From: Perna viridis
Lineage: Eukaryota
Reading direction: 5' to 3'
DNA: 64,000 nt
Assembly (NCBI GenBank): GCA_037379345.1
Contig: CM074516.1
Location: 10,974,001 to 11,038,000 of the forward strand
In this document: positions 1-13,600 of the stretch, in pieces
How the letters are laid out: each line of letters opens with the position of its first letter
How positions within the stretch are numbered: position 1 is the stretch's first letter
The notes under the pieces: model-generated
Seen by the model: the letters and a program-made list of their open reading frames with translations, nothing else
Database searches by the model: none
What the model was told of the DNA's origin: nothing
Program-made: the position numbers and the translations under genes

Positions 1-144
1 CCAACATGGCAACCATGTGCTTTATAGGGATGGTATCTGACCATGACATTACCCAATGCCAAGGGTCTAAAATTAGAAAGAGAACAATGTCAAGAGGTTG
101 TGGAACAATTAAAAATTTAGACCATAAAGTATCATCATCATCAT

Positions 145-292
145 CACGACAGAAGTTTTATGGTCGCCATCATGAAATCGTGGATTGTTAAGTTGTATCC
201 ATTGGTGCCATGAAATTGATTTGTTTAATGTGTCATAGTTTTTACTTTCCTCATTCATCTACCCTGGACATGACTTTTTATGAGCAACTTCA
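145..292 (+). mobile_element. Penelope-like retroelement 3' fragment
   Basis: QKFYGRHHE coding remnant followed by 'ctggacatgactttttatgagcaact'; same family as 22923-24662. Confidence 0.65.
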
Positions 293-1188
293 GTGTCGAC
301 AAATTTCATCACTTCCATCAGAATATTTTTAGCCATTGATAGTTCCAGTCTTACATTCTACATCTATAGGATGTCACAGACACTCCATCCATATCAAATT
401 TTGACACTATCATTTACTTAAAGAGGCTTATTCACAGTAATTGATTTTTATTTTTAATTTTTTAATTTTTTTTTCTTTCTTGTGAAATAAGCCACAAGAA
501 ATCTGTAAATAAAAAGCTCACTAAGTATACCTTCCTTTCCATCACAATATAAGGAAAATTTATGTTTTTTTCAGGAGACAGGAAGTAGATGTCATCCAAG
601 TACAAAAACATATTCCCTGATTGAGTTAACCCATATGAAGCTTTGTATTGAATATCAACAGCCTATAATTTACAGAAGCTGAGAAATTTGTTACTAAACA
701 AATGTGGCGTAGAACATGCACAATGAGAATGACAAACACATGTAAAACAGGATACACCCTCCTATGGAGCGGGAGTATAAAGATAACTTGGTTTACAGTT
801 CACCCAACATTCAACTGCATATGTGGCATCAGACTATTGAATAAAACTCTTTAATGCATATTACTGTTAACATATATTTTGTTCTTGCTAATTTTTGCGG
901 ATTCTGTCAAGTAATCATGATATTTGCAGGTGTCAATTTTTGCAGTTTAAAAAATGATAAGTGTTATATCATGAACTGGTACTTTTTTTTGCGCTTGTCT
1001 ATCCAGTGCAAAAATAAAGAAAAATTAGTACATTTACAGTACTTGCTAAGTGTAACATGCAACTTTCTGAAAATTTGTCAAAATGAAACCGTAAAAAAAC
1101 CATCTTTCTCAAATTTCAAATCATATCACAAAAATATAAATAAAAATCATAATGCACCATAAAAAGTTTGAAAATAATGTAAACCTAC

Positions 1189-1604
1189 CAAGGACCTGAT
1201 TAACAGGGTTGATGACAAACTCCTGCATACACATGCCCAGCTTCGGTAATATATTTTTCACCAGAAAAGCTTCAGTATGGCCAGGTTTAAATACTTTAAT
1301 CCAAGGCTGCAGAATAACTTTGGCAGAACTATCTGATGGATGCCAGTTGGTTAATGCATTAGCAAGCTTATGTCTGATTGGGGGGTAACAGGGCTCCAGT
1401 TTATCTCCCATGAGAGGCAACCAAGGATGAAGCCAGGAATGAAGTGGGACAGGATCAGTGAGGGGGTTCCAGTTTTCTACTTCCTGTAACAGCCGTGGGA
1501 GGACAAGTTGATCAAGGATGTTTTCCATCATCCAATGTGGTAGAATTGGTTTCCATGTCTCTAGAAGTTCAATGGGTGGGTCAAAGTTTCGAGGGTTCCA
1601 TTGT
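1189..1604 (-). CDS. TFIP11: TFIP11 coding exon 11 (GCFC domain)
   Basis: [47 protein letters not shown]; tag/gtagg. Confidence 0.93.
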
Positions 1605-4600
1605 CTACAAGAATGTAAAAGTGTAAGCACAAAGCTAAGCTGTGATAATCCATAGAGTGTAATAATTTTGTCAAATTTGTGATGCCTTTGCCAATGTATA
1701 CCTATAAAATCTTTAGGAATTATGATTAAATGGACAAAAATGCTTCAAAATATTAAGGTATTACATGGGTCTACATTGGTAGAGACATTTGATTTCCCAT
1801 GGAATTGATGATTTACTTCCTGGTTTTGTAAAATTTAAGAAAACCAGTTATTTGATGATGACTGTTATCAAAATGTGAAGAAATAAAGGCAATTCAATTT
1901 TAGGTTTTACACTTTAGTTCAGCAAGTAAAAGTTTTCTGTGATTCAAACATTAATTTTCACAAAAATAAGGGCCACTTTAACCTGTAAATGTACCCCAAC
2001 AACAAACTATATAGGAACTACAAACAATCCACAAACATCTCTTTATACCATATCTCAACAACATTGGAAACTTTTTTGTAAAGTATCTTTTGTGGTTTAT
2101 CTGATCAGTCCGCTTTCACATAATATTATTTTCATGATAGCTTATCTAATCAATTGTAATCTTCGTTTAAAACATATATTCGTGGTAGTTAAATTCTCAT
2201 GAAAATAAAACAACTGTGAAAAGTTCATTGTTTACCGGACACATTTTTTTTAAATTGCTTAACTTCAAAATATTAGTTACATTGTACTTGTAAATGTAAT
2301 CCATTGTGTACATGTAAAAGATTGTATACCAGTACATGTATCATTGAACAAAGAAAGCAAAAAACAAAGAATATTTACAATATAGCTGTCCTAACATAGG
2401 GTAACCATACATCCCACAGGAGCCTCTGAAACACATTCATATTCTGTAGACTTGTATTGTATGTATTATTGTAGTTTTCAAGGATGCACTGCCATTCCTT
2501 TATAGTGTTGACACCAAGTGTGGGGTTCTTCCAGGGGTCCCAATCCTTAAAATGATCCCTTACCTGAGAATGGAATATCAATGATAATTGTTCAAACATA
2601 AGTGATCCATTATGGCTTTACATTTAAAGCACATTTTAAGGAGATAGATCTAGGGTAAGGGACATAACTCTTGCATTCAGTGATATGTTTGTATCATATT
2701 CAATTTCACCACAGCCTATCAAGCTTTCATTTAAAATAGAATGAAATCAGTCAAAGTTACTTTGATGCGTACATGAGATTGACATAAAAAGCTGAATACA
2801 AACGTTCTAATGATTTGCAAGAGTTGTGAGCCTTATCCTAGTCTAACTGTTTAAGCCATTTCAAAGGAAAGTTTGTTTTGATCAGCCAAGATGACTATCT
2901 TGACTTGCACTTCAACAATGTTCAAGCAGAACTTTTGTTTCCATGAAAGCTGTCTTTGTCTTGTTTTGTAGTTTTCTCCTAAATAGGAGCACTTAAAAAT
3001 TTGATACACTTGTATTGTAATGATAACACATGACAAAATACAATATATAATTGCAAATTCCCAAGACACTTTATCATGGCAGCAAATATTTCATATGAAT
3101 TAAAAAAACAGCAAAGTCCAAAAAGTGGAATTTGATATCAGACAGCACCCAAAATTGTCTACAAAGTATGCCCCATCAATATAAAGCCACAAACCAAATT
3201 TGAAATTAATCAATCCATTAACAGCCAAAATTTGGATGGATAGACAGAATTCTAAAATACCACCCACTTATTGATTGGGGGTATAATATAAATGGAGTTT
3301 CAAATTTAAAAAGCTAATTCATAGCCTTAAGTAGAATGAAAATTCTGTAATATGGGAGAGACCCACAAAGAAGGCTACACATTTTTACCTTTGTAATTAT
3401 ATTGTTTTAATGGGATGTATGATGAAATGTATAATTACTCATTCCAATCTGGTGAATCTGCCGGGTCTTGGGAGATAATTCACATAGAAAATCCAATAGT
3501 TTCTATTGTATTTTCATGTCGTTTACAAAGTTATCTCCCTTAACTAAGAATTCTACAATACATTCTATGTAAAATATATCGCTTCAGACAAGGGTTACAT
3601 GGAAAAACATGTACATGTATGTTCATTTCTGTTTACCATAACATTTTAAACAAAAAATGAAAATCAAAAATCAAAAAAAAAAAAAAATGTAGGCTTTCAA
3701 ACCATGCATTACATTATGTATGGTTTTTAGCTGAAGTACTACTTAAACAGTTTTTACAATAATTTGCATGTTTATATTTTAAGTGGCCGTCCATGTCAAA
3801 ATCAGGCAGATCCTATGATTTAGTCGGCACAGGGGAAATTTTATCCCTCTGAATTTTTTGTTTTAATGTAATGTATGTATCTTATGTATGTCCAATAGTA
3901 CAAAGATTTTTCCAAATTTTAAATCAACAATGGATGGGTCAGAAAATTATTTTAAAATTCCCTAAGAAATCAACCAAATTTTGCACAAAATTAATGAGTT
4001 AACTTCCCTTTTCAATGCTTTCTACGTAGTTTATTTCTACTTATATGTTGCAGTAAATTTAAAACCAACATTCACCTTTGAGAAAGGATGCATTTGTGAA
4101 ATAAAATAGATGAAATTTTTTTGAAAACAAAATTTGTCATGTGCAACCCACTGCCTGATTTTTGCGTGAAAGGCCTCTTAATTGTAAATCTTAAATTAGA
4201 TGAACATGAATCTTACCATAGGAAACACTAAAGCTATAGAGAGAGAGGCTAAGTCATACATCTTATATTCCTCATAAAAATCATCCTGAAGACATTTAAA
4301 TATTTTAGCACACTCAGACAGGGACAGGGGGTTCTCAGATCCAGGCTTTGTTCTCTCCTCACATCTGTAACATATGTAATAGTTATTGATATATTAGGTT
4401 AAAGTATGGGTGAAATTTAAAGATCTATCAGCTGGACCAAAAACGGCAAAGATGCATTAGAAGTCTTGGAAGCATGATTCCTATGATAAAAAGACAGTCT
4501 ATTTAAATTTGAAAATATTTTTTTCTAAAGAAGACAAATTTTTGCAGATTATTTTTTGAAGTTGCAGTTAGACAGAACATTGACCTTCAGATTGATTAAT

Positions 4601-7600
4601 CAATTTAAATAATGATTCCATTTTAAAAACTAACTGTACATTCAAATGTTTATCATTGTATTTGTTATAACATTTGACTGATAGGTCTATTGTAGTTTTA
4701 AAGCAGATTTTTCATACATTTCAGGATAAAAACATTTGCCAAGTTTGACAGGGTATGACATTTAAGGCTATCCTATTTCCCTGGACAAGCAATATTGACA
4801 TTCAGACAAATAAAAGTTCAATGATACCTGCCCAAATAACAACTAAATTTCTCTGAATTTTCAACATAAATAGTTAGTAGAGGGCAACTTAACTTTCATA
4901 ATGGGCAAGTGAAATCTACTTCAACTTGCCCAGTATGACTAGGCCCAGTGTTCTCCCCACGCCAATATAGCACTGTTCTTTGCAGTGCTATGATTTCTTA
5001 GTACTGTGCTATCAGTAATTAATTTTAGTTAGAATGTACTATGGGCACTATGCTATAATTTTGGAGGAAGGCTAAAAGAGCTGTGCTATGCCAGTAAGCA
5101 CTGTGCTATTAAAAATTTATGGGGAGAACACTGCTACTAGGCTCTCAAAAATTTAACATCAGTCCCTGCTCAATATAATCAACATACTAGTCTGAAATGC
5201 TAAATTAAGATTTTTATTGTGCTACATGTAGCCTACAGAAGTAACAGCCTGCAGGTAGGCATGTAACCCAGCTTTGTCACATTATTTTGACTTGATGCCA
5301 GTTGTCCTTGGCAAAGAAGCAATGCCTACTAAATTAAAAGTCTTTGGAGTGACTTGGCTGGGGATTGAGTCTATGACCTCTTGCACTCAAAGTGAGGATG
5401 CTACCACAAGACCATCAAGACTATTTCTGATGTTTGAGCTAATACCACCACAAATGTTTTCTAAAGCTTGACACTTAAATCTATCCTTACGTGTCAATAA
5501 TATCCATAATCTTTTTTAACTTTTCCAGTTGTCTCTCTTCCTGGTCACAAATATCATCCAATCTTATTTTCTCATGTCTCATATTTACAATGTGGTCACT
5601 TTCATATCTTAACCTGCAAGAGGATAATAATTACTTTTTGTTTTTTAAGGAGGTAGACCTAAAGTAAGAGACATAACTCTAGAAATCAATGATACATTTG
5701 TACCACATTCAATTTCAACAAACCTATCAAGCTTTCATTAGAAACAGAATGAAACCAGTCTGGGTTACTTTGATGCATACATGAGATTGATGTAAAATGC
5801 TGAATACAAATGTTTGAATGATTTGTAAGTATTGTGTCCCCTCCCCAAGGTCTACCTCCTCAATTCAGTATGTTTTGAAGCAGTCAATACAGCAAATGAA
5901 AAAATGTCAAGTAAAAATATTAACAAAATCAGACTCGGAACCCACTATAAACTGTTTTTTTTTACACAGCAATATCTTTCTTCCCTCTCATTTCTTGACT
6001 ACAAATTAAAAAAACAGGATACTTAATATGAAAATATAATATTTATCAGTCAAAGAGTAATCAAGGGAACCAAGGTTATAGAGGTAATCAAAAGAATGTA
6101 ATCCAGGGACAGAGACCAGACATAGAATACAGACACACACAACAAAGAACATAAAGTAACTAAAAACATACATACAAAGTAACAAAAGCAAATGAGCAAC
6201 TCGGACTCCACAAAAAACTGGGAGCATGGACCAGGTGCACTGGTAGGGTAAGCGTCCTCTGCTTTTCTAGAGACACCCGCCGAGTTGCTCATAAAAAGTC
6301 AAGTCCGGGGTAGACAAACAAGGAAAGGAAAAGTAATGAACTATGAACATAATCAAAATGCAGTTGGACACCCTGTTGTGTTAGGCATACACAATCTGGT
6401 ACAGGAAGTCGAAACTGGATAGCAACCAAAATGGCTAACAATGCATGCCATATCTATATAAACCAACATACCAAATTTGAAATAAATCCATTGAGTGGTG
6501 GCTGAGATTTTTGTGATGAAAGTTTTGATGAACAGAATGACAGAATGATATATGCCCAAGCTGATTCCAATATACCACCTACTCAGTAAGTGGGGGAATA
6601 ATGACATTACATCCATATTTCCTTTTAGTTTATATCTTCATTGTATAGAGAAGGTAATTAAAAAAGTAATCAAGGAAACCAAGATTCCAGCAGAAATCAA
6701 AAGAATGTAATCCAAGGACAAAGACCAGACACAGAAAACAGACAAACACAACAAAGAACATAAAATAACTAAAATAATACATAAAAAGTAACGAAAGTAA
6801 ATGAGCCCCTCAGACACTAACAACTGGGAGCATGGACCAGGTGCACTGGTAGAGTAAGCATCCTCTGGTTATCTAGAAACATCCCCTAAGTTATGAAAGA
6901 CTCAAAGTTTGAAGTGTCACTTTCCCTCAATGGAGAACAGACTGCATACATATACATTATACATATTATGTGAGTAAATAATCAAGTACAGGTAAATTGA
7001 ATTTCTCAAGTGCCTTAAGTAGCAAATAAGTCACACAAAGTTTTGATATGTTTTTTGAATTTATATTGGTTTATAGTAATGAAGAACTTTTCTTCATGAA
7101 AATAGTACTTTTTATACAATCCTTTTCAGAATTTTAGTTTTACTTCCAAAAGCCCTGCTAGGATGTCAACTGGATTTTACTTTTCAATTGGTCCATAAAA
7201 CCATTTCAGATAAGAGTCTACAAATTTTTACAAAATTTAGAACTCACTTTACTCTTTTAACAACTTTCCTCATTCCATATCAGAGAAAAAATATGGCATT
7301 AACGGACCATTAAGTGATACCACACCAAGTAATTAGCATAATGTTCAAAATGGTATAACTTGAAAACCACACTTTGGACTCTGCTGAAATTCAACATAAC
7401 CTGTAGTTAATATATGGTTCTAAACCACTGTGCAAAGTTCCCAAAACATTCATTAATCTGTTTTCAAGTTATCATCTGGAAACCAACAGGGGACAGATGG
7501 AAAATGGAAGGACATGCAACATTTTGGAAGTATCACACAATACCTCGCCACTTTGTGTGGCACGTCATAAAAATAATATATTCTTTTTGATAAAAACATG

Positions 7601-10600
7601 ATCATGTGGTATTCAATCCATTAATGTGCATTACAAAATCAAGAGAGCATTGTGGGCATTAACACAAGACAATACCCAGGGTAATACCCACTTTAGATTT
7701 TTCAACATAAAATGCCTACTTTCTATCATTCATGATAATTTCCTCCTCTGCCATATCTACCAAGATATTCAGATTGTGCATGAGTTCTGGCATGGAAAAC
7801 ACTCTCTTTTTTGTTGGTTCTGGTTGCAATATATCTTCATCTTCCTCAGGCTTATCATGTCTTTGGGATATAGAATGGTACCCTAAAAATATATGATACA
7901 CATGGGAGTATCAAACAAACAGGTTTGGTACCCTACAATTTTATTCACAATTTGAATAGTGGAAATGCTCCTGATATCAAAAACAAACATGAACACTTTA
8001 CAAACTATTAAATTTCACCATAGAAAAATTAAATCAAGGAAAACTTTGATAATATTGAGTTGTATATTGTATTTTGACGTGATAACACAATGTCGACAAA
8101 AAATCAATCTTTGGTAAAATTGAAGTTAAATATACAATCAAACTTGAAAGCTAAGAGTAAAGATCACTAAGTGATACCCCCCTCTAAAAAAATAAACCAT
8201 ATAGGAAACCCCAAAAATTATTCAAACTGAAAAACAAAATAGGAGGTGCACAATAGCATCATGTGAAAGAGAATGTGTGAAAGTTTCATAAACTCCATTC
8301 AGCGGTTTAAGAGGAATTTCATATTATAGGGTTATCCTCCACTGGTTATGAAATGAGTTAGTCAGTGTTTTGGAGTTGTCGAGATTCTTATAATTATGAT
8401 TTGTTGTAATTATCGTGGGAAAATAACGTCCACATTTTTGTACATTCCTATTGTTGACATTGCCATTACAATAATGTCAGCTTAGGTGGAAGTAAGATTG
8501 AGATGGCAATAAACATTTATAGAAGTCATGAGGAGTTTTCAATATTTATTAGATTAGTTCAACAAATTTCCCATAGGATTATGATTTAAATGTCAATGTC
8601 ATATCAGGAATAAACTAAATTGATTTCTGATTTAATTTGAAGAAAGTCATGTCTTTGTCATCGTGGAGAACTTAGCATTTAATGCATACCTGTCATAACC
8701 TTTTGCTCTTTTCCTGTCATGTCTATGACCTTGACCTTTGATGACCTATTGGGGATGACCTTCTTGGTTTTACCTCCAGTTTCTATGAGTTCCTGAGCTG
8801 TTCTGTAGACATATTTTGGTTTCTTTACCGGTTTAGCTTGTCCCTAAAGAATCCATTTACACGTATGAAAAATACAAGTCAAATGTAAGAAATCCTGGCA
8901 TAACAGTTCAACCAATTCGGTTCTTTTTTATACTAAAATCATCAATGTACACGTATCAAATAAGTTAAAGTGAGATTTTTGAAAGGATGTCCATTAAATT
9001 CCTAATTTTCATATTATATATTATGATTACTTAAAAAAAATCCCCTCTAGATTCATACCTGATTTTATGAGGTCAACAAACAAGAGAAAATTGGTAAAAT
9101 CAGAAGTAAATAAACCGTAACTAAGATATAAATTGTGGAAAATGGAGTTACCATGATTTACTTGCAATTCTAATATGACTAGTTTCTTAATATTCTTGAA
9201 TAGAAGCAGTCTACAGTCAAACCTCGGTAGCTCGAACTCCAAGGGACCATTGAAATGTGTTTGAGTTATCAGGAGTTCGAGAAATTGAAGTTTGAATATT
9301 TCCTGATTTTTTTCGTTGCCGGTCCGAGTTCAACTTTATCGTTAGAAATTGCTTACTACTTCCGTAGTTGTGTTAGTTCGTGGATCCTTTTCATTCGCTT
9401 TCAGAAGATTATGTTGATTTGTGGACATTAAAAATGCTGTGTTCACTTTTAAAAACGTTCAGAGTTCGAGTTCCTTGGTCAATAATTTGTTTTTATCTGA
9501 TTTTCTTTCATGCTTTCATCATACCGACTTCGGAAAACATTCTCGAACTTTAATCAGTACTATGTTAAGATCAAAACTACCTAATAAGTGATGACTTAAG
9601 TATTACCTGTAATTAACTAAAATGACACTGGCTAATCATAGGGTTTCAGTTTTTCACACCTTTTATTATCCAAGCTGACACAATGGCAGACGTGTTTGAG
9701 TTAGTGATGGTTATTCTCTAAGATTTACTACTGAACGGACTGACTACTCAGTTCGAGAAATTGATGTTCGAGAAATCCATGGTTATTTATATTTATTATA
9801 TTGGAGAAAATTTTGGTACTTTTGGAAATCCCGGGTGTTCGAGCCATCCAAGTTCGAGCGAGTGAAGTTCAACTGTATATGTTGCACGAAATGTTGATCA
9901 TGTAATTATCACCTTTTTTTTTTTACCATGGCTGTGGTCTAAATAGCTTTGAAGAGCACGTCATATTAGAATTAAAGAATGTCATGGATTTGATTCAGCT
10001 GCATTCCTCTTTAAAGCGAAAAAACACACAAAAAAAAAAAAAAAAACATAAAAAAGAAAGAGTTTTGTCTAATTTACCTCAGATTTTTTCTTCCATTGCT
10101 GCAGTTGATTTTGAAACTGTTTTTCCTCTTCTTCTTCTGAGTCATAAACAGGAAAGTCCTTTAGGGATCTCTCAGTCCTTTCTGATCCATATGCTCCTAC
10201 TGCAGCTCTTCCTTTTCTCAACTTGGCCTCTACAGGTGTGGTTATACCTTGGTTTGTTTTACCTAAACCTTTACCTTGTTCATAACCCATCTAAAAATAT
10301 CATATACGGTGAAACCTGTGTTAACAAACCCCTATTGGACTTTCAAATTGGTTTGGTTTACCAGGGTTCAAAATACATTCAAATTGATGTAAAGGGACTT
10401 ACACAATGAGTGGTTTTGGCAGGTTTTCAGATTATTCAGTGTTTGGTTTAGACAGGTTTCAATGTATTATTGTATTACTGTATGTTATTTAATATGTAAA
10501 ATGCAGATATTTAAGTGTTTAAGTGAAAATGCTGTAAAACTACAGTGTCATATATTAAGTGTAAGTGTTTGTAAGAATCAGGTAAAATGGGAAAAATTAA

Positions 10601-13600
10601 AAATATACATGTCAAAACCCCACCGATCTGACAATGTAATATAACCCAAGGATACTTTATCTATTTGAAAAGACCATTATTTGATCTCTGCATCACTGGT
10701 TTTGCTCAGATATTTTTCAAATAGAATGTTAGAAAAATGAGGTTTTGACAGAGTTATCTGCCCTTGAAATGTTCAATTTGCCAGAATGAGCTGGAAAATA
10801 TTGTCTTTTTTCCTTGATTCTGATGGTGCAAATAGTCAAATTACAGTATCAAAATGTTTGTTTTTTTCATACCATGTTTCACCCACTGCCCGATTCTTAC
10901 AGAGACTGACACTTAACAATGTAAAATTTGGGTAGAATATATATCATGATATTCCTTGGTCTAGTTACATATCTTGGTCCTAAGGGCTTCTATTAAGACA
11001 AGGTGAACAGCCAGGATTTGTCCTTTTATTCAAACTTTAAATGTGGAAGGAAATAAGTATGGCTTTTTTCCCATATCCTTAAATTGCTCATTTTAATGCT
11101 AAAAAATGTTAAAACCAATCCAAATGTCATTCAAGTTGTGTACAGACCCATGTAAAAGAGATGTAGATGGGGATAAACATAATAAAATATGAAACTTTAT
11201 AATGCAGAAATAAACTGAGTTTTACTACCTGAATTTTACATTAATCTGTACAAATAAATCCCTTACCTTCTGCAGGAGCTTCTGTCCAATACCTTTTGTA
11301 TGTCTTTCCCAACCACCAAATTCTCTGTAACCACATAATAACTGATTATATATAATAAGAAAACAAAGATGCACTGGCATTGATACAGAAATTTAAGAAT
11401 GGGGTTCACAGTCAAATGTGCCACAAATGATAAACATATATGTTGCTCAATTCATATGATATTCATATGATAATCATATGATGCAAACCATATGATCTTC
11501 ATGTGTGGCAAATTTGCCTGTGTTCCTGGGAATTATTTGATCAGTTCTGCTAGTATTTTGCACAGTATTAACAAAATTTTCCAACAAAAGGGGGGATCCA
11601 AAATACCTAGACCTCTGGATCTGTCATTGGATTCAATTTTACTGAGATTATCTTGATTTTATTGAATGATCATTTGAATTTAGTCCTTAAAAGATACAGA
11701 AGCCTTAATATACAATGACAAATCATGCTCAGGATCGATTTTTCTAGTCTTCCAAGTAAGCCTTTTGATAATTGGCATATAGGTGGACTTCCTTCAACAT
11801 GATGTGTTGTATACCAGAATGTTTAACCTTTAAACCTTGAGGATAAATTTTGTGGGTTTTCTTTTAATTTTCATGTAATAAATCATTTCTGAGGTGTCAC
11901 ATTTTTTTTGGAGTTTAGGCTTTATATATTGTAGAAGGCATGAGGGGATGACAATCTGAAGATGAAGTGTCATGTATTTTGAGGGTTTTTAACATTTGAC
12001 CTTGAACTTTGAAATTTAAATGTACTATATGTTAGTTTTCCATCAGTCTGCTTAACCATGATTTATTTTCAGTGGTGCTCACAAACATGAACTCCATCTC
12101 ACATTACATATTACATGTATCTTCAACAAGATTTCTGAAGTATTTTTCTCATTTTAAAATAAATGAAATGATAATTATACCTTGACTCAACTGGGGGTAT
12201 AAAGTGAAAGGGCTTCCATCTATTCTTCCTTCCATTGCGCAAAGGGGTAACTATCTTGTACACTACTTGAAACATTCAGGTTTCCAATTTTAGCGTTCGT
12301 GAATCGTTTATCGTGCATTTACACATCGTTTTGCTTTCGTTTAAATGCACGATAGAAGTGTTTGTTTAAATGTACAGAAGGAGTGTTCGTTTAAACTCAC
12401 ACTAGGAGCATTCATTTAAACGTACGATAGAAGCATTTGTTTAAATGCACAGAAGGAGTGTTCGTTTAAACGCACACTAGGAGCATTCGTTTAAACGTAC
12501 GATAGAAGCATTTGTTTAAATGCACAGAAGGAGTGTTCGTTTAAACGTACACTAGCAGCATTCGTTTAAACGTATGATAGAAGCATTTGTTTAAATGTAC
12601 AGAAGGAGTGTTTGTTTAAATGCACACTACGAGCATTCATTTAAACGTACGATAGAAGCATTTGTTTAAACGCATGCTGGGAGCATTCTTTTTAACGCAC
12701 ACTGGGAGTGTTCATTTAAATGCACGATTGGAGCGTTGGTTAAAAAGTACAATACAAGCATTCGTTTAAACGTACAAGAGAAGCGTTTGTCTATAGTGCG
12801 TTTTAACGCACGCTGTGAGCATTCGTTTATCATGCATTTAGTGAGCGTTTAGCGTGTGTTTAGGTATAGTGCATGCGGGAAACCTAAAGTCTCAAGGAGT
12901 ATATCTCTTAGTCCTTCTACACCACTGAATGGAATAAAAGGAAAACTTCTCAGAATTTTTATAACATACTCCCATTGTGCACCTCTCATTTTAGATTTTT
13001 ATCCAAATATATTTTGAGGTATAAAGATGCATGTTATAGAATGGCCAAGTAGGAAATCAAGTTCATGAGCATTGCTTACATATTTTTTAGTTCTATAAGT
13101 GTTTATAATTATGAAGACAACATGTATCTTACTTGGTTGCATCAATGAAACCAGGAAATCCTCCTCTTCCTTTCTGTTTTCTGGATCTTTGGACAGGTAC
13201 ATCATCATCACTATCAGAATCCTGTTAAATGAGAGAGAAAACGTAAGATCACATTTCTGAATTTTAACTAAATTAATATTTTTTGCCCAAACATAAATTC
13301 CTGACAATATGCACATCCCAATATGGTAATCTAACACCCTCTTAAGTATCTTAACAATCCTGCAAGTGGTTGAGGAGGAGTTGCGGACAACACATGAAAC
13401 TAAGTTTTGCTGAAAAATGTTTAAGTCCATCAGTCGTCATTTCTACAATTTTCCCCCAAACATAAATTCCTGACAGTATGTACATGTACATTGGTTTGCA
13501 GTTATTTTACATCCCATAAAGTTTCATAACAATGCTGCAAGCTGCTTAGAAAATAGTTCAGACAGACAAGATTGTTAAAGATCTAACTACTAGTTCATAT

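Noticed and set aside
12330-12800. CRISPR-like array of palindromic repeats
   Set aside because: The variable segments are only ~7 nt and recur cyclically, there are no cas genes, and the context is a eukaryotic intron. It is a minisatellite.
12999-13430. 143-aa minus-strand ORF overlapping TFIP11 exon 3
   Set aside because: It is in a different frame from the spliced exon and mostly intronic repeat sequence.
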